Source: Octopus vulgaris
Lineage: Eukaryota
NCBI GenBank assembly: GCA_951406725.2
Contig: OX597826.1
Coordinates: forward strand, 73,346,001 to 73,410,000
Direction: 5' to 3'
Length of the DNA stretch: 64,000 bases
Of this stretch, positions 39,731 to 53,454 are shown piece by piece. Under the pieces are notes generated by a model, which did not search any database, had not been told where the DNA came from, and saw only the letters and a program-made list of their open reading frames with translations. Both the position numbers and the translations under genes were made by a program. Numbering within the stretch: the stretch's first letter is position 1; each line of letters opens with the position of its first letter.

Positions 39731-40017
39731 ATGATTGCATTGTTTTACATCATTTTTATTCCCTCCGGAATAATCTCAATGCTTTCTTCGAAACATATGC
39801 TGGAAGTATACATGATTTGAATAACACCTGCGTTTGACTCCATTTCATAAGTTATCCATGTTATAAAAAACATTTCACTTAACACTGGAATTTCTACCTT
39901 TATAAAAAGGGCGTAATATCCTTGGGACTTATGTGAATTTTTGCTACCCTGCTAACTATTTATTTTTTCCTTGTTGTTTGCACACATTGAAAAAGTACAC
40001 ATATATTTATATATATA

Positions 40018-40106
<89 letters not shown>

Positions 40107-40109
<3 letters not shown>

Positions 40110-40186
40110 GTTTGCCACGCAGCGGATCTGAACACGGAACCATTTGGTTGGGAAGCAAGCTTCTCACCACACAGCCACGCCTGCGC

Positions 40187-40188
<2 letters not shown>
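40107..40188 (-). mobile_element. SINE family B 5' (tRNA-like) head between (TA)n runs
   Basis: GGAACCATTTGGTTGGGAAGCAAGCTTCTCACCACACAGCCACGCCTGCGCC. Confidence 0.75.
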
Positions 40189-40270
<82 letters not shown>

Positions 40271-40291
40271 TTTTGTTCTTTTACTTATTTC

Positions 40292-40583
40292 GAAGGCGCA
40301 TGGCACAGTGATTAGTGTATTTGGATCACGATTCAAAGGTATGATCATGAGTTCAATTCATGGCAGTAACACTATAATTCACGCTGCTCCAATCCATCCA
40401 TTCAGCTGGCAATGATGAGTAGTATCTGTAATTCAAAGGGCCAACCCTGTCACATTCTATGAACTAGGTTAATGATACACGCGTCTGTGGAGTGCTCAGC
40501 CACTTACATGTTAATTTCACGAGCAGGATGTTCCGTTGATCGGATCTACTCGAACGCTCATCGTCGCGACCGACGGAGTGCCA
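40292..40583 (+). mobile_element. SINE family C
   Basis: Colinear with 37218-37516 (head, GTAATTCAAAGGG, GAGTGCTCAG, TTTCACGAGCA, GTTGATCGGATC). Confidence 0.8.
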
Positions 40584-40704
40584 GTTTTTTTTTTTTTTTT
40601 TTGTAATGTAATTCAAACCAAATCAACCTCTGATGAAAGGCAATGCTGTTAGATAGATAGATAGATTGACAGACAGACAAACAGACAGATAGATCGATCG
40701 ATAG

Positions 40705-40798
<94 letters not shown>

Positions 40799-41325
40799 AA
40801 TACGAAATTGGACAAGAACGCAAAACATCCGGACAGCTAGGTGATGCAAAATGGGACAACAAAACATCCAGACAGATGATACAAAGAAAGCAAGAACTTA
40901 TCATTCGAAGTTTTTTTTTCCTCAGTCAAGTACCAGATTATCCTCGCAATTTCGGCTGAATATTCTTGAGATTGCTCCAATCTGGCCAGCCCCAAGGAAA
41001 AACTAAGCTAAGAGCATTAGATTCCTTGGAAGAAAGCAGCGAATGTATACAAAAACAAGGACGGAAAAAAGGACAAAGTTACACAAATAAAAATACAATA
41101 AAAATCAGGAACATGTGTTAAGTAGGGAGACCAAGAAGTCGATATAGTCGGGTGCTCCCTTACCCCAAAATTGAAAGCCTGTACCCACGTAAGAAACCGT
41201 TATTGTCACCATTAATTATTTTGGGTGACTGAGAAGGTCTCCACTGACAGACAGAAATTAACGTTGACCCAAGAGCTCTAAATATTAATCCTACAACGCA
41301 CCCCCACATAAACATACACACAATC

Positions 41326-41467
<142 letters not shown>

Positions 41468-41469
41468 CA

Positions 41470-41643
<174 letters not shown>

Positions 41644-42339
41644 AGGGAGAGAGAGAAAGAGAAAGAGAGAGACATACACCCACACGCAAATATATACAAT
41701 ATATACATATACACGTATAAGCATTTATATACGCACATACATATATATACACATGTATATGTGTATATATATGTGTGTCTATGTTTGTATGTATGTATGT
41801 ATGTATGGATGTATGTATGTATGTATGTATGTACACACACTCACATCGTAGGGCTATAATGGCGGTGTAACTTTCTTAAGTTCACCATGTTTGTAAGGAA
41901 TTCTAGATTTTCAATTAAGGATTTTCCAAACTGCTTTCGGTTTTAAGGTAATAAATGACGACGGCGGCGGCAGCGGGTGTGGTGACGGTGGTGGTTTTGG
42001 AACTGGTGGTGGTGGTGGTGGTGGTGGTGGTGGTGGTGGTGGTAAATAGGAGAAGAGTGGGGAATTCGTAATCTGAAACAGTAAATTGCTTCTGGAAAAA
42101 AAATACAGAATAACATATTCTATTAGTTTTGTTTTTTTTCTTCTTTTCCTTCGCGTCTCCGTAACTTATCTCTCTCTCTCTCCCTCATTTTCTCTCTCCC
42201 TCATTTTCTCTCTCCCGCCTCTTCTTTATTGTTACCCTCTTCCTCTTATTTCTTTCTTTTCGTATTTCGCCAACCTCGCCTCATTCTATTTCTCAGTAAT
42301 GTATTTGGATAGCTAAGATCTTGGATGGGAGAATGAATG

Positions 42340-42350
42340 TGAGAGAGGGG

Positions 42351-42394
<44 letters not shown>

Positions 42395-42946
42395 AGAGGA
42401 AGGACGGAGAGAGACAGAGAGACACAGAGAGAGAGAGGAAGGATGGAGAGAGCGAGACAGACGGGGGGGGGTGAATGTGGCGACGAGTGATAAACTGAGA
42501 GGAAAGAAATGAAGGGGCAATGAGAAGGTGGGGGGGATTGAGAGAATGGAAATACGTTGAGAGAAAAGCTACAGGATGAGAGAACGTAAGACATACAGAC
42601 AGACATGGAAGAATCACTGTCAAAGTGAGACGGAGAGCCAAAGAGAGAGAGAGAGAGAGAGAGATATAAAGAAGCTGAGAAAGTGAGACACGTAGATAGA
42701 GTGGGAGGGACAGACTGAATGGAAAGCAATGAAGCAAGACAAATAAAGTGAGACACACAAGCAGAGTGAGATAGAGAGAAAGACAGAGTGAGTGAGACAC
42801 AGAGAAGGAGAGAGATATATGGAGAGAGACTTGCAAACAGGCAATGTGAGACACATAGAGACTGAGTGAGATTTAGTGACAGTCGGAGCAACACACAAAC
42901 TGATTGAGAGACAGGCGAAGTGAGATATAAGCATAATGCGAAAGAT

Positions 42947-42992
<46 letters not shown>

Positions 42993-43425
42993 AATAGTCG
43001 GACAGACAGACAGATGCGGAAAGACACTTAGACAAAGGGTGAATGACAAGTAGTGACAGATGGGACGAAGCACAGACGGTAAAATACGAAGGCTGAGAGA
43101 GGGAGAGACGGGAGGGAGAGAGAGAGACGGGATAAATAGAGAGGCGCAGCGGGACTGAGTGAGCCATACAAACAGCTGAAACGAGACACCAATTGAGTGA
43201 GACACAGAGACAGATGGAGTGAGACACCGATGGAGTGAGAAACAAGCCGACTGAGTGTGACAAACGAACAGACTGTATGAAACGCAAGAAAAGTTGGAGT
43301 GAGACACACAGGCAGATTGAGTGAGTGAGATATGGGAGACAGGAACAGACGAAGTGACACTCAAAGTCCCACTTACAGAGTGAGACGCAGAGGTAGTGTT
43401 AGACACAGGGGCAAAGTGAGACAGC
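42340..43425 (+). repeat. Purine-rich degenerate array with recurrent GTGAGACAC motif
   Basis: About 13 GTGAGA(C/T)N motifs within (GA)/(GACA)-derived sequence. Confidence 0.7.
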
Positions 43426-43452
43426 CTTAGAGATATCGTTTTAGCTTCATAT

Positions 43453-44238
43453 AGCAGATATCAAAGCAATATACTGCACAAGACTCTACCACACTACATT
43501 GTACAAACATATATAGGATCGACACGTCAAAGACACTCGTTTCATCTTGTTTATTGTTCCTTCACCTGTCTCTGTCTTCTGTCTTTTTTGTTTTTCTTTT
43601 TCCACTATTTTAAACCACACACATACACATACACACACACACATCACATGTTTAGATATTTCAATACATTGAAACGAAGACCTTATCCCACACGTTTCCC
43701 ACCATCCACGTATTTAAGTTCCATTAAAAACTGTTGCCGAGAGCCACTTGCATCAACACAGAACGAAGCACAATCTTAAGTGATGCATATCTTAAAGAGG
43801 TGAGGGAAGCGATTTCGAAGTGAAGCAGGTAATAATAAAATTACAGCAAAGCTTTGATATTTTTTCTTTTTAATTTCTAAATTATTCACCGAAGCGGAAA
43901 TATAATTCTTTAGTTTTTTGCTTGGTTTAAACCGCGCTGGTTCCTTCGCCATGTAAAGCCGTTATGGTGTCCGCCAAGTAAAACATGGTTGTTTTTGTAA
44001 CTAGTTATAAGTTACCCTGGAAACGATAATTAACGAATGGATTTGACAAGTTTTTTTTTGTAAAATCCCCAGAGGCTAGTTTTGTTGTAACTTTACTTTC
44101 TTAAGAAATCACAGATATAGCAGAATATCTTTATAACTGAGCAGAATAGTATCCGGTTTCAAGACGTTTTACACCTGTCTCATTTCGTTCCTGGTTTTGA
44201 AGTCCATTGTTTATTGTGTAAATGTAAATAAGTATACG

Positions 44239-44299
<61 letters not shown>

Positions 44300-44486
44300 T
44301 TTAAAATTGTGGAAATAGAAAAACAAAAAAACAAAAGACAGAGACAGGTGAAGGAACAACAAGCAAGGTGTTTTAGCTTGACGCTCATGAAAAATGCAAA
44401 TGTCTTTCTTTGACGCGTTGATCCTAGATATTTTTCGTACAATATAGTGTGGTAGAGTCTAGTGCAGTATATTGCTTTGATATCTG

Positions 44487-44487
<1 letters not shown>
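43453..44487. repeat. Inverted duplication, arms about 43453-43640 and 44250-44487
   Basis: GCAGATATCAAAGCAATATACTGCACAAGACTCTACCACACTA vs TAGTGTGGTAGAGTCTAGTGCAGTATATTGCTTTGATATCTGC. Confidence 0.9.
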
Positions 44488-44544
<57 letters not shown>

Positions 44545-45430
44545 GTGTACGTGTAACTGTACGTGTAAGTGAATTCGTTTACACGTAATTGTTAGTTTGG
44601 ACAACAGAGGTCTGGAGGGATAAGAGATAAAGATCTGGGTGAATAAGATTTGTATTTAAGAATTTTCAATGTAGCCATTAATAAGAATGGAAGAAAATTC
44701 CTAATAAGTAAAAAACATAACAAATATGAGAATTCTGTGCATCTTTTTCTTCGCAATTCTAATTTTTAATCCCGCCTCATATTATGAAGAAACGATTAAC
44801 TCCCTTGTAAAAGCCATCACAAGGGAAACTACGTGTATTTGGAAAAATTCCAATGTAAGAGATTGAATTTATGGTTGGTTAGCGTTTGGGCTGACACATT
44901 TTGCATTTAATGATCATTAGGGTCATGGAATGGTGAGTGAAGTAGTTTATCTTGTGAGCGGGTGAGTAGTGTGAGAGAGACATTATGTTGAGCTGAAATA
45001 TTAAAGTTTGTGAGATAGGGGTCACGTGCTTGAAGGGTGGAGTAGGTGTGGCGGTTGTGGCTTTCATACAACATGAATTTAGTTAAGACTAAAATGGCGA
45101 CCACATTTACACAGAAAATCACGAATATAGCAACTCAGAAAGACACACATGGTGGTCGTTGTCGTGGTATGGTGGTGGTGGTGGGGGGGTGATACTGCTG
45201 CTGCTACTGCTGAAGGCGGTGGCAGCGGTTAGGGGTGATTCTGGTTTGCATCGGCGAAAATTATGCAATGAAATTTAGAAGTTTGGTTAAGGTTGTATCT
45301 TGTAGTGGAGAAGAGGAATATATATATATACATAGGGGGGGGGATTCACAAAAAAAAAAACAAAAGACGAAGACAGGTGGTGTAGACCACAGACAAATGT
45401 ATTAGTTTAACGCTCGGGAGGTGAGAAAGT

Positions 45431-45466
45431 CTTTAACGTTTCGAGCCTACGCTCTTCCACAGAAAG
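45431..45466 (-). ncRNA. Hammerhead-like motif (CUGUGGA) in a Penelope-derived short repeat (about 45340-45520)
   Basis: Minus strand CUUU-CUGUGGA-A GAGC guag GCUC-GAAA-CG-UU|AAAG. Confidence 0.55.
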
Positions 45467-45769
45467 GAACACAGAAAGAAACAAGGAGAGAAAATATAGA
45501 ATGTGTAGTGGCTAGCGAATGCTGAACAGATGGGTCACACAGGAGAGCTAGGAAGAAGGGGAGATAATAAAGTAGTGGTGATCCCAAATTGAAGGTGCGC
45601 GTGCGTGTATATAAGCGAGCATGTATATGGGTGTGGAAGAGGGCTGGTGAAGATTAGCATCACGCTTGAAACTCGGAGTACCAACGAATTTGAATCAAAA
45701 TATTTTGAACCATACATGTAACTTTCAATAACTTTGTTGAGTACCCTTCTTTCGTTTGTCCACTCACTC

Positions 45770-45807
<38 letters not shown>

Positions 45808-45825
45808 CTTTTCCTCCTTATGAGA

Positions 45826-45962
45826 TATACGACGGGCCGGGCGTCTTTCAATTTCTGTCTACCAAATCACTCACAAGGCTTTGGTCGGCTCCAGGTAATA
45901 GTAAGACTGAAGCCGGAACCATGTGGTTAGGAAGCAAACTTATTACCATACATTCATGCCTT
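45826..45962 (-). mobile_element. SINE family B (internally deleted)
   Basis: TCTACCAAATCACTCACAAGGCTTTGGTCGGC and GGAACCATGTGGTTAGGAAGCAA. Confidence 0.7.
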
Positions 45963-46109
45963 CTGTAAATTATCTTTAAGGTTTTAAATTTTTAGTACCT
46001 GAGCCCTGGAACTCATAAGGCCAGCTACCCGGTTTCCATGACGTATTTTCATATCACAAAATTTCCTCTTAAACAGGATACCAGTCCGTTACGAAGTTTA
46101 ACGCCGGCG

Positions 46110-46280
46110 ATTTTTACTGGAAGTGGGCGAGTCGATTTTTGCTAGAAGTGGGCAAGACAATTTTTGCTAGAAGTGGGCAAGTCTATTACATCGACCTCAA
46201 TACTTGACAAGTACATTATTTTATCGACCCTGAAGGCATAAAAGGCAAAGTTAGCCTCGGTGGGATTTGAACTCAGAAAC
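46110..46280 (-). mobile_element. SINE family A fragment with triplicated 24-bp segment (ATTTTTGCTAGAAGTGGGCAAGWC)
   Basis: Three tandem copies at 46110-46182 run directly into the SINE core. Confidence 0.7.
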
Positions 46281-46298
46281 TGAAGGGCCAGGAAAAAG

Positions 46299-46335
<37 letters not shown>

Positions 46336-46389
46336 CGTCACCACAATGCGGTCATATCAATTTGCTAATTAATCTGTAAATTAAATGTC

Positions 46390-47245
46390 AGCACTAATGA
46401 ATTTGTGTCAACACACAAAGATTACACAACACTATAACTTCACAGTGTGTCATCATGCTGTAACACGACAGTGTAACATACATTGTACCACCACAGGGCA
46501 TCACCACAGTATGTTACCATATTGTACCATCATAGTGTAACACGACGGTGTTACATACAATGCATCATGACGGTGTAACACGTCAGTGAAACACCTCAAT
46601 GTATCGTCACTGCGTAACGCGTTACTATAACCATCAGAGTGTGCACCATTACAATGTAACAAAACAATATAACATGAGTGTATCAACAGTATATCATCAT
46701 GATATATCAGAAACGGTGTAATACGACAATGTAATACGTAAAATATCTTCACAGTGTATTTTTACAGTGTATCATTACAGTGTAACACTGCAGTGTAACA
46801 CCACTGAGCATTATCACAGTGTAACTCGAAACTGTATCAATACATTGTATCTTCACATCATATCAACATACTGTAACAATGAAGTGTAATACCTCAGTGT
46901 GGCACAACAGTTTATTATCACGGTGTATCACGACAGTGTAACACTGTAGTATAGCACCAAGGAGTATTTACCATTGTATATAACGAGCAAAGAAAGGTGC
47001 TTCTATGTGGTAGCTCGATCTGTGAGAAATACGAACCAAATCACCCTCAGATCAGACCGTCTTCAAAACCCATGTAGCCATGGGTCCATAGTGCCTTAAA
47101 ATATGGGACGGTCACAGCTAGAATGCCTTTGATTATAGATCTACTCAAACAGACAGACACGAGGCTACAAAACAAGCAATAACAACCACAATGTATCACC
47201 ACGGTGTGACACAAGTGTAACGCCACTGTAACATACAGCATTTTC
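46390..47245. repeat. Degenerate array of 11-12-bp units (ACAGTGTAWCA-like), interrupted by an old repeat at about 46995-47170
   Basis: Recurrent GTGTAAC / GTGTATCA / CAGTGT motifs. Confidence 0.7.
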
Positions 47246-47523
47246 AACCATTCTGTTGCATCACAAAAACGAACAATTATAGAAGCAACAACAAAACTAG
47301 GAACATAAACAATAAGGTTGTAGTCTTTAACAAACGTGGAACAATTAACGAAGACCCCCGCAAGTTGTTTTAGCGTTGCAATTCTGAGACGGAAAACGAA
47401 ATGTGTAAATTCTTTATAAGTTAGTCAGTTTCATGTACAACACCGACATTGTAGTTTCTGGAGATGTTTCTACTGTTGCTGTTGTCAATGTTGTTGTTAT
47501 TGTGTGTGTGTGTGTGTGTACAT

Positions 47524-47576
<53 letters not shown>

Positions 47577-47648
47577 GTATATAAATATGTGTATATAAAT
47601 ATGTATATATGTGTGTGTGTGTGTATATATATAAATATATATATATAA

Positions 47649-47685
<37 letters not shown>

Positions 47686-48183
47686 TATATATGCACGTAT
47701 ATATATATACATATATACAAACATATATAATGTTATTGTTACGTGTGTGTGTGTGTGTGTGTGTAGGGTGTGTAGGGTGTGTAGTGAGAGAACGACGGGG
47801 TGGTGTTCTGCTATAAATATACGTTTTAAGCAGATTTTTACAGATAAATCATAATCGCATAGCAACAGACGGATACTGTTATATAACAACACCTCGGGGG
47901 TGTCTTCGTCACTATGGCGGGTGAATTGGATGGGGAGGAAAGGGGGTGGCGAAGTAGGAAAGATCTTTCGTATCTTTTTTTTTTTGTTTTTTTTAACACA
48001 GAATGAATGGATCGTCGTTGTCATTGTTGGTGTAATTATTGTTGGTGGTGGCGGTAGTGATGACGATGACGATGGTGGTGGTGGTGGTGGTGGTGGTGGT
48101 GGTGGTGGTGGTGGTGATGATGATGATGATGATGATGATGATGGTGATGTTGGTGTTGTTGGTGGTGGTGGTGGTGGTGGTGG

Positions 48184-48217
<34 letters not shown>

Positions 48218-48787
48218 GGTGGTGATGATGATGTGGAGGAGAAGGACGACGAAGACGATAATGATGATAATGATGATGATAAGAATGATGAGAGTGATGA
48301 TGTTTCAGGCAATGAATGTGAATGATGATAAGAAAGATCACGAGATTGTGGCGCCCCCTGCTTTTGTTATTTCTGTTCTGATAATTGCTGTTGTTGCTCT
48401 CGTTGTTGTTGTCGTCGTCTCGATGCTGTTGCTGTTGTTTTGTTGTAGTTGTTGATGATGATTATGATGTTGGTGGTGGCGGCGGCGGCAGTAATGATAA
48501 TAATGATGACGATGATGATATTGCTAGTGATGATGATGATGATGATGTTTATACTACGCTGCTACCGTTTCCGTATTTGCAATCCTTCCTTTCCCGGCGG
48601 TGGGAGCCATGCCTATCTGCTTTGTTTTTAATCTCTCCATGCGGGTTTCAAATCGACTGGATCGTTATCGGCTCAAATCCCAGCGTGGCACTCTTTATAC
48701 TACGGTACGGTCTGAGCAAAGTAGGAGAAAGAATCGCTAGCCACTATACCTTTTTTTTATTTTCTCTCCCTGTTTATTTCTGTGTCC

Positions 48788-48823
48788 CTTTCTGATGAAG
48801 AGCGTAGGCTCAAAACGTAAAAG
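48788..48823 (+). ncRNA. Hammerhead motif, canonical CUGAUGA but G12A (probably inactive copy)
   Basis: CUUU-CUGAUGA-A GAGC guag GCUC-AAAA-CG-UA|AAAG. Confidence 0.6.
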
Positions 48824-49309
48824 TCTTTCTCACTTCCCGAGCGTTAAACTACAGCCGAAATTGCGAAGATGATCCGGTTCTTGACTGAAGATTGAAGGCT
48901 TCGAATGTCCCGTCCGTGTTTTTTGTATCGTCTTCTAAGTGTTTCACGTTCTTGTACCAGTTTGTATTTTTTTACATTTACATATATATATATATATATA
49001 CTCAGACACATAAATTGAACATACATACACACATACGTATGTATACATACAGCGTCGTTGTCGTCGTCGTCATCATCATCAGCATCGTGTTTATCAGTAA
49101 CAAAAACAAAGGCAAAAACGCGACTACCCTGACTATTGCCTCCTCCTTCTCCTCCTCTACGCCTTCTTTAACCCTAAACCCTCCTCGTTATCACCGCTAC
49201 CCCATCACTTTTAGCGTTGTTGGTCCATTAATTCTTCCGACTTACAACGCACGCATATATACATACGCATACATACATATGTATATAAATATATGTATGT
49301 GTGTGTGTG

Positions 49310-49411
<102 letters not shown>

Positions 49412-49436
49412 ATGCATATGTATGTATGTGTGTGTG

Positions 49437-49475
<39 letters not shown>

Positions 49476-49514
49476 ACATACATAAATGTACATATATATG
49501 TGTGTTTGGGTATG

Positions 49515-49567
<53 letters not shown>

Positions 49568-50988
49568 GCGTATGTATGTGGGCATACATGTATATAGGTA
49601 AGTATACGCGCATACACGTAGAACATAACTCTCACTCTCAAATACACATACTGATGTATATGTATATATATATATATATATATATACACATACACATTAA
49701 CTCTAGACATACGTTCCTCTTCTCCCCAACACGAAGTAGCCGCCCCCTCAATCCACACCCCAACGACCACCTCCACAAATGTACCCCACCCTCAAGCCAC
49801 AACCCTACCCCCACTCAAGCCACCACCCCACCACCACTACCACCACCACCCGCCATGACACCACCTACATATCAGAGAATCCATCTACCTACCCGCCTCC
49901 TCACCCCACCCCTCGTGGGCACATACGCGTCGCCATTCGTCTCTTCCACTGACCCTCGCTCCTTCAAGTGAAACTCGAAACCACTGATTTTCCGGTCATG
50001 TACTAACACATCCCTTGGATGGGGCAGTGCTTGTTGATGATGATGATGGTGATGATGATGATGTTAGCGGTGGTCGTGGTAGTGGTGGTAGTGGTCGTGG
50101 TCGTCGTGAAGGTCGTTGTGGATGTTGTTTATTATCATGATCATGATGACGACGACGACGATAGAGGCAGTATAGGTGTTGGTGTTGATGGTTGTCTTGG
50201 AGGTAGCGGTTGTTGTTGTTGCTGTCGCTGTTGTTGTTGTTGTTGTTGTTGTGGTGGTGGTGGTAGTGGTGGTGGCGATAATTATGTTGTGATGATTGTA
50301 TTATCGTTGGTGATGGTAGTAGCGTTAGTAGAGGTGGTGGTGATAGTGGTGGTGGTGGTTGTGGTGGTGGTAGTGGTGGTGGTGGTAGTGGTGGTGGTGG
50401 TGGTGGTGGTGGTAGAGGGCGCTGATGCTTGTAGCGGTGATGGTAGGTGGTAGTATTGGTGTTGACAATCGTGCTTGCTGTTGTTGTGTTTTTATTGCTA
50501 TTGGTGGTGGTGGTGGTGGTGGTGGTGGTAGTGGTAGTGATGGTGGTGGTGGTGGTGGTGTTGGTGGTCTTTCCATTTTTTTTCTTGAGTATATTCTGGA
50601 ACTTCGTTTTGATTGTCTTAAGGTTATTTTTTAAAAACATTTTCTCTTTCTTTGTCCCTAAATATTTCTCTTCTCTGTATTTAGTCTGTATTTTATTATT
50701 GGTTTATTTTATTATTTTCTTCATTATTACACCTAAACAGTTTCCTTTTCCTTGCAACTAAGTACTTTTTAGACCCACTGTTGTTACTTTGCAGTAGTTT
50801 TCTATTTGCATCAGACCCCGTCCTTCCTTTGTGAAGGGTAAGTATATTCTACGGTAGTACCCGTCAAAAATGACGGGGTTTATTTCCGCCTCCTTTCAGT
50901 AATTCTTAATCTTTCTGCTTCAAGCTTTGCTCTATTTTCTTTTTTGCCTGCTCGCCTGACTGCCTGTCTCGCTTGCCGGCCGACTATT

Positions 50989-51041
<53 letters not shown>

Positions 51042-52284
51042 TTCTGTCAGTCTCCCAACTATCTACATAGAAATCTAATCTATTTCTCTTTCTATTACTG
51101 TCTTTTCCTCGTTACCGCTCTACCCAGCACAGTTACTGTTTTCTCATTTCAAATTATTTATTTTATCACTTAACGTCTCTAATCGTCCCTCTCTGTTGTA
51201 AAGTTATAGCTGTCCTTACTCTTCTCTCTCACTCGCGCTATCTCTCCCTAGCTCACTCTTTCCCCATCCCCTCTCTGTATTACACTGCCTGCTCGCATGA
51301 CTGCTGGTCTTGCTTGCTGGCTGACTGCTCGCTGTTTTAGCCCTTCTCCCTCCCTCAATGTTCTATTTATCAATCCAATGCCCAATCCACTTCGCTTTAT
51401 AATACTTTCATTCTCTCTCTCCTTCAAATCAGCCAGCGCAGCCAATTCTCCCTCCATCTATAATTCTATAGCGAGATATATATATAAATATCAAAAGAGG
51501 GAAACCAGCAAACAAAAAGGTCATGTGACACGGCGGTTTTATATAGAGAGATTAGTGTTGTTGTGAATGAAATCACAGTTCCCTCTATGTGTTGCAAGTC
51601 TTGCTGCAAATTTCTCAGTCAATATATCTGAAAGTTTTGAGTTCCACTGGTAAATAAGAAGGAAAAAAATCAAAACATAAGCAACACTCTAACCCTCCAC
51701 TGTACTATAATCATAGGAACAAGAAAAAAAGATTGGATTAGCAAGTTTTATCGAGAAAAAAAAAAGGATAATAAACTTTAAACATTAATAGTTATATTTG
51801 TTAAATACTTCCCTAGTTACAAATGACCGCAAAGTTTAGCTTCGAATTTCATAAATCATTTGAGTGATAATTACCAATAGCGTATGACCCGATTAAGTTC
51901 ATGTTACGTTAATGTGTTAAGCAACATTCATAGGGTATAGCTTGCCTCCAGTTCATATCTCATAAAACAGTCAAGCGATAATTGCACAGCCCGATAGCCT
52001 GCCATTGCCAAGTCCATAAGATTACGAAGTCCTTATCTCCCAGAATTATATGAACTCACACACGTAGTTTTAAAAATTGCGATGAAGCAGTACAATCGAT
52101 TTCAATGCATGGCCTGTCAATTGTAGATCAGCATGTCTTTTACTCTCGGCAATGTTAAACCTTATTAAGCTTGAATACTACTTCAGGGGTCACTTCAGGA
52201 TCATACGTTTAAGGACAATAACTTAAAGGTCGTGAGCTAAAGATCCTAACTCATAAATTAGGGATTATGACTAAGAGTCTTGAT

Positions 52285-52445
52285 TAAGGAGCAGAATTGT
52301 TTGAACGTTGGGCAAAATGCCTAGTTGTTAGAGCCCTTATATTTTAAGGTCAAGTCCTGCTGCAGTCAGCTTTAGCTTTCGTCCTTCTGGGGTTGACTTA
52401 ATCGATTATGACCCTTCCTCCAAATTTGGGGCATTGTGCCAAAAG
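52285..52445 (+). mobile_element. Degenerate SINE family A
   Basis: GCAGAATTGTT..ACGTTGGGCAAAATGC, CTTTCGTCCTTCTGGGGTTGA and TTGTGCCAAAA match the family. Confidence 0.6.
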
Positions 52446-52734
52446 GTTTGGAGTAGAGTATACTCGGTTAAATGATTTTAAAGATTCCAACATATGGATA
52501 TGGGTATTATCTTAGGAATTTTAATTTATAGATCGTGACTTATGAACCGTAATAAAAAGATCCTCCCACGCTTAAGAAATATAATTTAAGAGCATGGGTA
52601 AAGGAATGTGAGAATAAATTATGTTGAAAAGATGTTATTAAGTTCAACTCCCTTGAGAGTTTCTTACCACCAAATAATATCTTGTAGAATATGTTTGTCT
52701 AAGCACATTTGGGACAGAGAAGCGGCTAATTGCC

Positions 52735-52995
52735 GTCCCGTCGGCTACGACGATGAGGGTTCTAGTTAATTCGATCAGCGGAACAGCTTGCTCGTGACAT
52801 TAAGGTGCAAGTGGCTGAGCATTCCACAGATACAGAATATGACAAATAAAAATACTACTCATTTTTGCCGGCTCAGTCGACTGGAGCAACGTGAAATAAA
52901 GTGTCTTGCTCAAGGACACAACGTGCTGCCGTGTATTGAACGCACGGCCTTACGATCGCAAGCTGAATACCCTAACCACTAAGCCATTCGCCTTC
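52735..52995 (-). mobile_element. SINE family C
   Basis: Reverse complement of the 37218/40292 family (GAAATAAAGTGTCTTGCTCAAGGACACAACG; CCCTAACCACTAAGCCATTCGCCTTC). Confidence 0.8.
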
Positions 52996-53454
52996 ACGAG
53001 CAACACCCAGACACACACACACGCACGCACACACGAACATACACTCGTCTTAGAGCACATTCAAGTGAACACGAATGGTCCAACTGACTGGCGATGGTTA
53101 ACTCCCCTACAAAACAACACGAGTAACTGATCACAAATCTGCTGATCCTTTTCTCTGTCAACCCAAAAAACTACTGACCAAACCGACTACCAAGATCTTT
53201 ACACTGTTCTGCAAATCGACCCAACTGTGTTCCACCCTTATTAGACAGGTTATTGGAAATTTCACTTTGTATATTTTTGCCGTAGAGAAATTCACCGTAA
53301 GAAATTTCGTTTAAATAACCTTGAGGTTTTCTTAATGTTTGACGTTGAATAAAGACTTGCTTATTTAATGCTTTTACAAAATCTTTTATCATTTTTTTCT
53401 TTTTTGTTTCATTTTTGAAAATGCTGATATCATTACGCTCTATCGTTGTGCTTT

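Noticed and set aside
47900-48795. Gly/Asp-rich ORFs resembling biomineral or glycine-rich proteins (also 50019-50640 and 54045-54384)
   Set aside because: Derived from (GGT)n/(GAT)n tracts common throughout the window; no credible exon boundaries.
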